Of a DNA stretch of 64,000 bases, positions 51,786-63,335 are shown one piece after another. Location of the stretch: assembly GCA_963842525.1 (NCBI GenBank), contig CAWJGT010000009.1:1216001-1280000 (forward strand), written 5' to 3'. The notes under the pieces were generated by a model. It ran no database searches, was not told the origin of the DNA, and saw nothing but the letters and a program-made list of their open reading frames with translations. Position numbers and translations under genes: made by a program. Each line of letters begins with the position of its first letter. The first letter of the stretch is position 1. The stretch comes from an uncultured Holophagales bacterium. Lineage in GTDB: Bacteria > Acidobacteriota > Thermoanaerobaculia > Multivoradales > UBA5704.

Positions 51786-52502
51786 TCAAAGCTGCTTGGG
51801 TTTCTTCTTCTTTTTCTTCTTCTTCGGCCCGTCCCCTGAACTAAAAATCAATCGGCAGAATTCTCCTCCGTTGCGATTGAGAAATAGATAATTGCCATCT
51901 GTGGTTGGTGTTGCGGATATCTCGCTTCCGCTGTCGAACTTGATCGTGTAGCTGGTCTGACCCTTGATGGTGATTTTATTGGGCCAATCGGCCACCGCGC
52001 TGTGAGCCAGGTCTATGTAGGGCGGATCGTTTTGGACGAACGATCCCCTGACCCACTTGGTGCCAATCTTGATCTCAGCACCGACTCCCTTGACCTCCTG
52101 TGCCATTTGGATGGTTTGCCGACCATCTGCTGAAGGTCCAGCGGCCTTCGCTTGGGCTATCCGCCCGACCACTGCCTTCACGTGCGGTGCCAGGACAGGT
52201 CCTCGGAAAGTGCCAGCCATTCCCTGGGTGCTTTTCGCTTGGACGGTCCGCGTCAGCGCGCTCTGCACATGCGGTGCAAGAGGTAACACCTCAGCAGGCG
52301 CCTTAAGTTGAGTGACTACGCTGGCGGTCCTGGGTGGGACCGGGACCGACTTTGGCGCCGTTGGAGTAGACCGGATGGTCGAAGGCGGCTCTGCCGGCAT
52401 CTTCGCTTGAGCCGCCCTCAGGACGACCGCCTGCACATGCGCTGCCGGAACCCGAGCCGGGACGGTGGAGGGCGGCGGCGGCAACGTCGGCTTCTGGGGC
52501 AT
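51786..52502 (-). CDS. Hypothetical protein with a Pro/Ala-rich repeat N-terminus and Lys-rich tail
   Basis: AAGGAGG RBS; repeated A(A/P)HV(Q/K) and QAK/QLK motifs, then TIQMA and an AT-richer domain. Confidence 0.6.
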   Translation of the reverse strand: MPQKPTLPPPPSTVPARVPAAHVQAVVLRAAQAKMPAEPPSTIRSTPTAPKSVPVPPRTASVVTQLKAPAEVLPLAPHVQSALTRTVQAKSTQGMAGTFRGPVLAPHVKAVVGRIAQAKAAGPSADGRQTIQMAQEVKGVGAEIKIGTKWVRGSFVQNDPPYIDLAHSAVADWPNKITIKGQTSYTIKFDSGSEISATPTTDGNYLFLNRNGGEFCRLIFSSGDGPKKKKKKKKPKQL

Positions 52503-52867
52503 GGGCGCCTCCTTCAACCGTGGGCGAACTGCGGGCTTTCGGGCCTCTCGTCTCGCGGCCTTGTGGATTTCAGCGACTAGTGTAGCTCCAAATCCCCATG
52601 CCGGACAAGCTTTCCTCGGCAAAACACCCGGGCGCACCTATCCGGCGGAGCTTGCGGCGGAAACCCCGGGCGCCATTTCCGCGTACTCCTCGGCAAGGGG
52701 GAACAAGCCCATGACCATACAAAGCCATGTTCGCGCCGGCGGCAGCCCTTGGCTGGACTGAGCGTCCCGCTGCGAGGAGGTGAACGCCGATGAAGATGCA
52801 GAGCCATCTTCGTGCCGGTGCCATTCCCTGGGTCGATTGATCCGACGCGGGGCTTACGGCGACGGAG

Positions 52868-52923
52868 TCATCCGCCGTTTGCCGGGGTCACCGCCCAGAT
52901 CCTTCTCTGCGCTCAGGATGACA
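52868..52923. repeat. Degenerate GTCATCC...GGATGAC REP-like element
   Basis: GTCATCC...AGATCCTTCTCTGCGCTCAGGATGAC; related remnant GTCATTCTGAAGGAG at ~49305. Confidence 0.45.
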
Positions 52924-52986
52924 CGACGGAACGGATGCCGGCCCCGGTTCATCCCGTTCCCTGGCAACGTTTCGAACACCCTGGAG

Positions 52987-55900
52987 CTACGCCGCCGGCC
53001 GCAGCTCCTCTTTCCGTTTCGGTGCCCGTTTCGGCAGCAGCCGCCGGAGCGCGTCCCTGATCCCCTCCACGCCGCGCAGGTCGTCGAAGATCGAATAAAA
53101 GACCGGCGTTGCCACCAGGGTCAGCAACAGCGAGAGGGTCTGGCCGCCGATCACGACCACGGCGATGGCGCGGCGCTCTTCGGCGCCCGGGCCGGTGCCG
53201 AGGGCGAGGGGCAGCATGCCGGCCACCAGTGCGAGGGTGGTCATCAGGATCGGCCGCAGGCGGTCGCGGTTGCCCTGGAGGATGGCCTGGCTGCGCTCCA
53301 TTCCCTGGGATCTGAGATTGTTCATGTGATCGATCTGCAGGATGGCGTTCTTCTTGACCACGCCGAAAAGGACCAGGATCCCCAAGGCTGAGTAGAGGTT
53401 CAGTGTGTTGCCGGTCGCCCAGAGGGAGACGAGGGCGAAGGGGATCGACAGCGGCAGCGAGAGAAGGATGGTCAGCGGGTGGATCAGGCTCTCGAACTGC
53501 GAGGCCAGGATCATGTACATGAAGGCGATCGAGAGCACCAGGGCCCAGACGCAGCTCACGGTAGGTCCGCGCGAGCTCCCGCCCGCGTCCGCCCACCGAG
53601 GTGGAATAGGCCGGGGGCAGGTTCATCCCGTCCACCGCCCTCTGGAGCGCAGCGAGCCGCTCGGCCAGGGCATAGCCGCGGTCCACGCCGCCGCGTACGC
53701 TCACCTGCCGCTGCCGGTCGAGCCGTTCGATCCGCGAGGCAATGGTGGACTCTTCGATCCGCACCAGGCTGTCGAGCCGGACGAGCCCGCCCCGTCCGCT
53801 CGGGACAGCGAGGCGCTGGATCGTCGCCGGGTCGTTGCGCGCTCCTTCAGCCAGCCGGATCGCGACGTCGTAGTCGTCGTTGACCCCGGCGTCGTAAAAC
53901 CGCGAGACGCGCGGGTCGCCGCCCACGAGGAGGCGGAGCGCCGTGGCGATGTCGGTCATCCGGACGTCCAGGTCCGCGGCGCGGGCACGGTCCACCTGAG
54001 CCCGCACCTCGGGCTTGTCGAGCTTGAGCGAGGTATCGATATCGACGAAACCTCCCATGTTGCGGGCGTTCTGGCGCAGCCGGTCGGCGTAGGCATAGAG
54101 CGTGTCGAGGTCGGGCCCGCGCAAGGCGAAATCCACTTCGAAGTTGCCGCCGCCGATGTCGAACCGCGTGGCGTTGCGCAGCACACAGCGCAGGTCCTTG
54201 TGCTTCGTGAGACGGCGCCGCACCTCGTCCATCACGTCGGCCTGCCTGTAGTTGCCGCGGAACGCCTCCAGGGGATCGAGCCGCAGCAGGCCGCGGGCGA
54301 GGCGCCCGAGCGAGAAGGTCCGCTCGCCGTGCGGGGTGAGCCGGACGAAGACGTTGCCCTGGTTGACCGCGCCGAGGAAAGAGGTGCCTGCGGTGGAGAG
54401 GACCATGCGCACGCCGCGGACCTGGCGCAGCTCGGCCTCGACCTCGCGCATGGCATCGTCCATGGAGGCGAGGCTCGTTCCCTCGGGCGCGTTGACGTTC
54501 ATTTCGAATTCGGATTCATCGACCTCGGCGGGCATGTACTCCACAGGGACGAGCCGGTAGAGCGGGACGGTGGCGGCCATCACGACCAGACAGGACACGG
54601 CCACGAGGCCCCGGTGGGCCACGGCCGCCGCCAGCAGCCGCTGGTAGGCGCTGTCGAGCCGGGCGTAGAAGCCGCGCCGGGAGCGCGCCTCTTCGCCGGG
54701 CGTCATGCGCAGCAGGCGCGCGCTCATCATCGGCGTCAGGGTGAAGGAGACGAGCAGGGAGATCAGCACTGCCGCCGCGGCCGTGATGCCGAACTGGAAG
54801 AGGAAGCGCCCGGCGACGCTCGACATGAAGGAGACGGGGATGAAGATCACCACCAGCGAGAAGGTCGTGGCCAGCACGGCGAAGCCGATCTCGGCCGTGG
54901 CCGCGCGCGCCGCCTCGAAGGTGGTCATCCGCTTTTCCTCGACGAAGCGGAAGACGTTTTCCAGCACCACGATGGCGTCGTCGATCACCACGCCGACCAT
55001 GAGCACCAGGGCCAGCATGGTGACGCTGTTGAGGGTGAAATCCAGGGCTTTCATGACGCCGAAGGTGGCGATGACCGAGGCCGGGATGGCCACGGCGGCG
55101 ATGACGGTCGAGCGCCAGCTCCGCATGAAGGCGAGCACCACCAGCGAGGCGAGGATGCTGCCCAGGATCAGGTGGAGGTCGATCTCGTGCAGGGCGGCAT
55201 AGATGTAGCGCGACTGGTCGCGGACGACCCGCAGCTCGATGTCCGCGGGGAGCTCGGTGCGGACCCGTTCCAGGGCCTCCTTGGCCCCCTCGATCACCTC
55301 GACCGTGTTCGCCCCCGACTGCCGCATCACTTCCAGGGTGACGGTCGGCACGCCGTCGAGCCGGACGACCGACCGCTGCTCCTTGGTGCCGTCCTCGGCG
55401 CGGCCGAGGTCGCGGATGCGGATCGGCTGGCCGCGGACCGTGCGGACCACAAGGTCGTCGAAGGCCCGCGGCTCGGTCAGCCGGCCCAGGGTGCGCACGG
55501 TCATTTCGCGCAGGGGGCCGGTGAGGTTGCCGCCGGGCACGCTGCTGTTCTGCCGCACGAGGGCGTCGCGCACCTCGGTGACGGGGATCTGGTAGGCCTC
55601 CAGACGGTCGGGCTCGAGCCAGACGTTGATCGCCCGCTCGAGGCCGCCGGCCAGGCGCACCTCGCCGACGCCCGACGCCCGCTCGACCTGTGGTTTTACG
55701 ACTTTGTCGGCGATCTCGGCGAGCTCCTCGATGGAGCGGGGGCCGGCGACCGCGACGATCAGGGCCGGCGTGACGTCGTTGTTGAACTTGGAGATCTCGG
55801 AAAGGAGAGCATTCTCGGGCAGGTCACCCGCCACGGAGGCCACCCGGTCGCGGACGTCCTCTGTCGCCGCGTCGATGTCGCGGTCGAGGCGGAAGGTGAT

Positions 55901-56179
55901 GAGCGTGAAGGAGACGCCCGCGGCGGAGATCGAGCGCAGCTCCTCGATCCCTGCGACGGTGTTGACCGCCTCCTCGATCTTCTGCGAGACCTCGGTCTCG
56001 ACCTCTTCAGGGGAGGCGCCCGGCAGGAAGATGCGGACGGTGACGGTGGGGAGGTCGACGGCGGGGAAGCGGTCGATGTCGAGCCCGGCATAGCTGGCCG
56101 CGCCGATCACCACCAGCCCAAGGATGAGCATGGCAGCGAAGACCGGCCGGCGGATGCAGATCTCGGCGAGCTTCTGCAC
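52987..56179 (-). CDS. AcrB/AcrD/AcrF family RND efflux permease (probable +1 error at ~53552)
   Basis: [35 protein letters not shown]; ORFs 56179 and 52987 join. Confidence 0.93.
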
Positions 56180-56320
56180 GGTCGTCCCCCCCTCGGCAGA
56201 GGGTGAGTGAAAAGTGAAACCTGTTTCATAAGTAAGGTGCTATAGGTCTATCAAAGCGAGCCGGGGGGACAGCGAAGCCCGGCTGCCTTCGTGCCTGCAC
56301 ATTTGTGCTATGCTGTTGTC

Positions 56321-56563
56321 ATGGCCAAGCAACTGACGATCCGTGGTGTGTCAGAGGAAGTCGGGCAGAGGCTGGAGAGCTTGAGCCGGGCCCGGGGTCA
56401 GAGCGTGAACGCGATGGTGCTCGAGATCATCGAGGCAGCCGTCGGGGTGCATGAGCGGCGACGTAGGCTGGCTCGCTACGCGACTTGGACTCCCGAAGAC
56501 CTGGCAGAATTCAACGAAGTGCTTGCGGCACAGCGGACGATCGATGATCCCCTCTGGCGCTGA
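56321..56563 (+). CDS. vapB: FitA/VapB-like ribbon-helix-helix antitoxin
   Basis: KQLTIRGV...GQSVN; GCACA-TT-TGTGC inverted repeat and TGCTATGCT -10-like motif upstream. Confidence 0.8.
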   Translation: MAKQLTIRGVSEEVGQRLESLSRARGQSVNAMVLEIIEAAVGVHERRRRLARYATWTPEDLAEFNEVLAAQRTIDDPLWR

Positions 56564-56981
56564 GTTCGCCGGCCGGTTGGTTCTCGATACATCTGCTTAT
56601 TCTCATTTCCGGGCGGCAGACGAGCGCGTTCTCGACCTCATTGCTGCTGCCGAGATCGTTTTTCTCCCAACCGTCGTCCTGGGTGAGCTGGAGGCCGGCT
56701 TCAACCTCGGTCGGCGAGAACGAGAGAACCGTACTCTCCTGGCCGAGTTCCTTGCCGAGCCCTTCGTCTCGATTCTGCCCGTAACACCTGCGGTCGCCCG
56801 CCGCTACGGCAGGCTGTTCGCCGATCTACGGCGAGCCGGCACTCCGATCCCGATCAACGATATCTGGATTGCAGCAACTACCCACGATTGCGGAGGGCAT
56901 CTCCTGACTTTTGACGGGGACTTTGACCACATCTCCTCGTTGGATTGTACGGTGCTGACGCCTCTTGATTCGGCTTCTTGA
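56544..56981 (+). CDS. vapC: VapC PIN-domain toxin
   Basis: VLDTSAY, VLGEL, PIPINDIWIAA, LLTFDGDF. Confidence 0.92.
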   Translation: MIPSGAEFAGRLVLDTSAYSHFRAADERVLDLIAAAEIVFLPTVVLGELEAGFNLGRRERENRTLLAEFLAEPFVSILPVTPAVARRYGRLFADLRRAGTPIPINDIWIAATTHDCGGHLLTFDGDFDHISSLDCTVLTPLDSAS

Positions 56982-57006
56982 CACCGCATACGCTGCGTCG
57001 CGAGTC

Positions 57007-60000
57007 CTATTCGTCGCGCCGCTGAAGCTCTCGCGCTCCCCTGAAGTTGCTGAGGACCAGTGCGTCGACAATCGCGCGGTATGTGGGCTTTGACTCCAGT
57101 CCAAGAATGGGAGAGTCGCGAAGTTGAGCAAGCCAGCTCACGAGAAGGAATCCACTCGTCCGCGCGGTTCCATCTTCGTCGACCACCAAGCTACGGACCC
57201 ATTCAAGGCCAGGGGCTACTTGTTCTTGGACTGGCTGTGCCTGCAGGAAACCGACGAGCGCATCAACGCACGACATTTGACCGCAGGCCCGCTCAAGCCA
57301 TTCGTCCATGTGGCTCGATATCGCGATCAGCGGGAACCAGTTGGCGCGAGCCCTCGCCAAAACCGCATCCAGGTCGTCCGGGTACCCAAAGGCACTCGGA
57401 CTCGGTATGAGGTTCTGAAGCAGCTTCTCATCTGGGCGCAGGCGGCGGGTGGTTGGCGCAACGCGAAGGTTTGCCAAACCCAACTCCATCAACTGCGGCC
57501 ACACCTCCACCAGCGACGGTACGAAATGCGTCTCGTGGGTGGCCACGATGGTCAGAGCGTGTAGGTAATCAGCTTGGGCGTCAGGTGACGCACACAGTCG
57601 CTCCGCGAGCTCCACGACGACAGGCCGGTCCGTGGCTGCTGCCCAGCGCAACACCGCTGAGGCGAAACTGGCGTGCTGCTCATGACGCAAGTGATAGTTG
57701 TGTTCCTCGGCCCAATGACAGGCCGTGCGGGCGTAAGCATCGAGCAAGCCATCGCGCAGCCGCTCGGCGCGCGCCTTGATACAAGTTTCACCTTGAGCCG
57801 CGTCGAGCGTACAGATCGCAGCCGGAGCGATGTGCGTGAGCATCAAGTGTCGGACAGGTCTCTCCGCAAGTGCAACAAAGACGTCGCCGATGATCGGTTC
57901 CATCTGCCGGCGTAGATTTTCGAAGCGATCACCCAGAGCCACGCTTCTTGCGCCGGCTTCAATCGCCGGCCACAGCAACTCGTGCCAACAACGCCCCTCC
58001 GCCATCTGCCAGCAAGGCTGTCCAGAAATGACGCGCAAGCCTTCGGCGGCATTCTGCCGAACCTCAATGGAGGGGCTACTCGTACCCGCAGTCAGAGCCG
58101 CGGCGAGTACGGTGAGAGCCTCAGTCGCCTCGCGCGGCGGTTCTGCCGGATGCTGTTCATCGTCTGTATCCACAAATGCTAACGGGAGAGCGAGAGCGGC
58201 TTGCCGATCCGCACCATAAAAGTAAAGTTGTTCGCCGCCGAACTGATCTTTGTAGGGACCCGTGGCACAATAAATTAAGAGGCTGAAAGCCCATTCTAGG
58301 CTCAGATCAGGGACACTTAGCCCATTCGCGGCGTTTTGAAAAACAGCCGCAGCCACTCCAGCAAGAGCCTGCAGAATGTCGAGTGGTTCGTCGAGCGGTT
58401 CGCTCTCGAGGTTCCGCGCGGCGCGGAAGTCATCGGCCAACTCCGGGCTTTCCGGCGGTGTTGCAAGAGCGGCGCGATATGGGGTCACTAAGCGCGGTCG
58501 ATAGCGGTTCTGCAATCGATACATCTCTGTGACTTTCGCCGAGTGTGCCTGAGCTGGGGCCAAGGCCTGCACTACATCCTCTGGTACCTGCAACTCCAAG
58601 ATATGATGTCCTTCGTGCGCGCGTAGCGAGTAGGCATCCCAGTCAAGGTGTGCCGCCCACTGCCGCACGTGCGGCGGCGCAGTCTCACCTCCGGCTGCTT
58701 CGACCAAGCGGCGTCCGACAGCGCGCAGCCGCTCGACCGCCTTGTCGTCCCCACGCTGCGCGGCCGCAAGCACAAGCCGGGTAGCGACCTCGCGAGGAGT
58801 CCAACCCCGCCGGTCGTGGCCTGCCAGTTTCGGCGCGTCCGGACCCTGCACATGCAGGAAGCCTTCCGATGTGGCCCTGCCGAGCTCCAACTGCCAGATA
58901 TCTGGTGCGGCAAGGAACCCGTCGAGCTCGTCGACAACCTTCTCGATGTGCCGGACCAGGAAGCCATACACCAGGCCGGCCGTGGCGAGGGTGGTCGCGT
59001 CTCGCATCAGCCAGGTGGCGATGGCTCGCGGCGAGACATCCATCTGCACCTGTTCGTCCAGAAACATCTCGAGCGCAAAGAGTGCGCTCATACACGGGTA
59101 CGGGCCGAAGGAGGAGCCTCGGTACCAAGACCATACGTGAGAGTCGCCGACAAACACGCGACTTCCGGCCCCGAGCAGTTCTATCTGCAGCCCCTCGCCT
59201 TCCGCCTGCTGGGGTGCGGATTCGGTGAAACGAAAACCTACGTTGCGCAGTGCCTCGATGCGCCCGTGGGCGCCATGATCAAGCATCCGGTTGATCAGCG
59301 CTAGCCCGTGTGGGAGATCTCGGCGTAACAGCGGCAGAAACGGTCCCCGGTACCAAGCGGCCATCGGCGTGTTCGAACCCACCGCCTTCGTGACTTGGCC
59401 GCGCGAGGTAGTAAGCCTCGGCCAGGTCGGCCAACAGCGCCGGATCCTGCTTGGACATAAGCATCGCCACATCAGGGCTTTCTACGACCGGCGCCAGAAA
59501 GTCGGGCGCCAGCTGCGCGATAGTGCGCAGAGCGGCGGTGCTGGCTTCATTGTTCTCACTGCCCAGCAGCCCCAGCGATTCAAGCCTTTCCTTCTCACCA
59601 TGCTCGATCTCACGGCGCATGAGCACATCACGCACACGCGACCGTAGCGGACGGTACGACGTAACGTCCTGGCCGGCAACCTCGAGGTGCGCAACGCCTC
59701 GCAGCCAAGAGAGAACAAGCTCAAGGACAGGATCAACGCGATAGGATCTCGGCCGATCGAGCATCCCGGCTGTGTCCACCAACCACGACACCATAGGAGC
59801 ACCGATGACTGGATCGCAAGCACCGGCTTGCGAAAAGCGCAGCTTGAGAGTGCGTATGGCCTCGGTTCGCATCTCGGCGTTGTCGAGGAGCGCCGGGGTC
59901 AGCTCACTCAGCGCTCGATCTGCCCAACCCGCGGTCAGCAAGCCCTCCCACGGCAACTCGGCCCACCGCGCTCCATGCGTGGTTGACAGCTCAGAGAACT

Positions 60001-61948
60001 CTACTTGCAGTTGCGCCCACTGCGCGGCGATGCTGCCGCCACGCTCCGCAGCCTGAAGCCGTGCCTGCGCGAACAGGCGCGTTGCGCGAATCGCCCAACG
60101 AGGAGCTGGCGAGGCCACTACCACCTGCAGCCCATTATATTGCAGTAAACGGGCCGTCGCGAAGTCACGAAGGACGTCCGAGAAGAACCGATCCCCAGCT
60201 TCCCACATGGCCAAGCGGCCCTGCGACAGGAGAATGCCGTCGGAGCGCAATGACGCGAGGGCGGCGCCAGTCGTCACGTGGCTCGGCGTGCCGCTCAGAA
60301 GCTGACGAGCGACGTCGATAAGCGCGCTGTCGCGGTCATCGGGAGAGACGCTGCCAACTGTTTTTTCGTCCTGGCGGATCAGGCTTGACCATACCGTCGC
60401 GAAGATCTCAGCCTCTGATGAAAGCGTCTCCGGCAGGCCGCGACCGCCCTGTGCGGCTTTGAGTAGCAATTCGACCAAACCGATACGGCGCAACAACCAG
60501 ACTGCTCGCGGGTCGGATGCGAGCCGAGCAAATTCTGGGATGGCTTGGACGAGCGCGGCGATCTCGCCAGCGGACAGGGGAATGACGACGAACTCTAAAG
60601 TCTTGTCAACGCCTCGTATCTTCAGCAGCTCGAGGACCGCTCCGGCCGCGTCGTCGCGGACCACCAGAACAGTCGTCATCCCGACGGCCATGGCGGCACT
60701 CAGCAGTGCGCCCAACGCTCCGGATTCGCCCTCCTGGACCGCCTCGGCCCCATCAAGGACCAATACGCTCACAGGAGCGGAAGGAGCCGCGGCGAGCAGA
60801 TCGGTGGGGCCCAGGCCCAGGACGGCCTTCATGCTCACCGCTGGGCTGGGCAGATCTCGGAGGCTCATCGCTAGAGCAACGCCGCCGGAAGCTCTGATCG
60901 CGTCGATTGCCGCGAGTGTCAATGCCGACTTGCCGACATCCGGCTCGCCGCGGACTACCACCGCGCTACCGGCTGGCGCAGTCGAGATCAGCTCGACAAG
61001 CTCGTTCTGACGATGCGAGCGGTCAAGAGTGAAAGTTGTTGCACCTGCTACAGGCAGCGAGCGCTGTGTCCGGTGTTGAAGCTCGGATTCCAAAAGGCTG
61101 ATCTGTGGCCGCGCGCTAACGAAGTCCGGCGAGGCATCAAGCAAACCGAACGAGCGCAACTCTCGACGCACCATGGCCCGCGTGAGCCCACCGGCGCGGA
61201 TCGCAGCCTGGGAGGCGATCTCCACAAGGCGGAGACGTAGATCCTCGGCTCGCGAGACGTCACCTGTGAGAGCCCGCAGTCGCGCAACGACGTTCGTCCG
61301 CCCGGGCGCCACGTCACCTTCCAACTGCAAGTCGATAACGAAGAGACCGCGGAGGAGCTGCCAGCTGAGCTCAGTTGCGCTCTGCCTCGGCTCATTTTCC
61401 AAGCCCTGATGGCCCAGAGCCGCTTCCACGATCTCATCGACGTTCTTCAGCCGCGATCGCACCTTGCTGGAGTGAGCGCCGGCTGCATTGATGGCGGCTT
61501 GAAAGCTGGCTCTGCTGGGTTGCCGTCGAGCAACATCAGTAAGAGCTGCCAGCTCACTTGTAGCCCCGGACGCACGCGCAACCGCCAAGCCAAGTCGCAT
61601 TTGACCAGCGGCGATTGCCTCCCCCTCCTGAACTACAAATTGGAGGAAGTCGGCGAACAACCTAACGGTGGAGTCCTTACTCTTGCCGATTGTGGGCCGA
61701 CGCCTGCATGCTACTCGCAGCATGCGCTCGGCGCCGGGCGAGATCCCATGGATGATCACGTCGTCTCTCTGGGAGTGAGCCTCTTGCTGCATGGCCACCT
61801 GCGTGGGCGTGAAGTCATCGCCAAGGCCCTCCACCGGCTGCCCCAAGAGCAGGCTTGCCAGCGCCGAGCCTGCGTACTCCTGCTCCAGGTGCACGCCGCC
61901 GCCACCGGTCGCATATGGGCTGCTGCCTGCTTTACCAGACTGAGGCAC
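57007..61948 (-). CDS. Large (~1640 aa) STAND/AAA-like NTPase with a putative N-terminal nuclease-like domain; frame break at ~59370-59410
   Basis: SSPYATGGGG N-terminus, Walker A GEPDVGKS, Walker B VLVLDGAE, long helical C-terminus; codon usage less GC-biased than the flanks. Confidence 0.72.
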
Positions 61949-62183
61949 CGTGGCTCCTATCGTTGATGCGCCTGCCTCCAGGGCACGAAACGAGACAATT
62001 GTCTCATCCGGGACCTCTGCAGGCTAGATCCACAAGGAAGCACAACGTAGGTGAGCCCCCGATCGCAAGGCGTTTCTGATCGCTGGGGTGCGTCGATAAC
62101 CTTGATCCACAACCTGGCCACATAGACTTCCAGGTCATGTTTGACGAAGATCTGCCCACCGCTCGGCTCTTGTTTCGGTTCGC

Positions 62184-63227
62184 TCAAGGCTTGGGGCGCT
62201 TGAGTTTTTTCTTCTCTGGCAGTTTTTTCGCCTCATCTTCGAGCTGCTTGAAGGTGTCGGCCTCCGCCTCGGCTTCGAGTTGGGCACGGCGACGAGCAGC
62301 GAAGCGGTCATACTCCTGCTCTGCGATGGCGTCAGCCTGTTCGCGACTGACTTTGCCGGCGTCGGGCAGGATGGCGCGCTCGTTCAAGCGCAGGAAATCC
62401 TCGAGCCGGGTCTGCCAGGTGTGCAGGAAGATCTGCTTGCGCCGCCGGGCCTGGTCCTCGGCGAAATCGAGAAACATGACGACGATACGGTTCAGCTCGT
62501 TGATCTCGTCCTCGCGCAGGTAGTTCTTGGCCACGGTCACATCGGCCTTGCGGACCACGCCGCTCTTCCACGTTGTCAGCCCCATGTTGGGCTGGGCAGA
62601 GTCGGCCCGCTCGGCGATCAGCTCGGGCGCGGTCTTGCCGGTGGCGGCGAAGTGCAGCTTGTTCTGCACCGTTTGGAAGAAGACCTGCGTCTCCGGCTCG
62701 GAGGGCGAATAGTCGGCTGCCAGCGCAAGGATCTCCCGAACGCGCAGATACACCCGGCGCTCGCTGGCCCGGATGTCGCGGATGCGCTCCTGCAACTCGT
62801 CGAAGTAATCCGTATGTCCCTTGCCCGGCGGATTCTTGAGCCGCTCGTCGTCCAGCGTGAACCCCTTGACGAGATACTCGTTCAAGCGCGCCGTCGCCCA
62901 TTGGCGGAACTGGGTGCCGCGCGGAGACTTCACGCGGTAGCCCACGCCGATGACCACCTCCAGGTTGTAGTGTTGCGTCTCGTAGCTCTTGCCGTCTGCC
63001 GCAGTTATCCGGAATTTCCGGATAACTGCGGCCTCGGACAGCTCACCCTCCGCGAAGATGTTCTGAATGTGCTCGTTGATGGTGCGGACGTCTTTCCTGA
63101 ATAGCTCCGCCATCAGCTTTTGCGTGAGCCAGATGGTGTCATCTTCGAACCGGCACTGGATGCGCGTGCGGCCGTCTTCGGTCTGGTAGAGGATGATGCT
63201 GGTTTGCGGCGCTTCGTTGTCTGGCAT
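62184..63227 (-). CDS. rhuM: RhuM family protein
   Basis: IILYQTEDG, WLTQKLMAELF, VGYRVKSPRGTQFRQWAT, IRDIRASE, VQNKLH, AKNYL. Confidence 0.92.
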   Translation of the reverse strand: MPDNEAPQTSIILYQTEDGRTRIQCRFEDDTIWLTQKLMAELFRKDVRTINEHIQNIFAEGELSEAAVIRKFRITAADGKSYETQHYNLEVVIGVGYRVKSPRGTQFRQWATARLNEYLVKGFTLDDERLKNPPGKGHTDYFDELQERIRDIRASERRVYLRVREILALAADYSPSEPETQVFFQTVQNKLHFAATGKTAPELIAERADSAQPNMGLTTWKSGVVRKADVTVAKNYLREDEINELNRIVVMFLDFAEDQARRRKQIFLHTWQTRLEDFLRLNERAILPDAGKVSREQADAIAEQEYDRFAARRRAQLEAEAEADTFKQLEDEAKKLPEKKKLKRPKP

Positions 63228-63335
63228 GGTCAAAGAATCCCCTGAATCTGGCCCGCCATGCGTTCCTTATAGGGGAGCTTTGTCCCGGCGTCAAGATATT
63301 TGGGAGGGTGTTGCCGGGTGGGGTGGGATCGGGGA

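Noticed and set aside
61957-62187. 76-aa ORF coupled to the rhuM stop
   Set aside because: Only the first ~15 residues look protein-like (RhuM-like start); likely a remnant at an insertion junction.
56200-63335. Prophage or integrative element
   Set aside because: No integrase, transposase, tRNA/att site or phage structural gene was seen.
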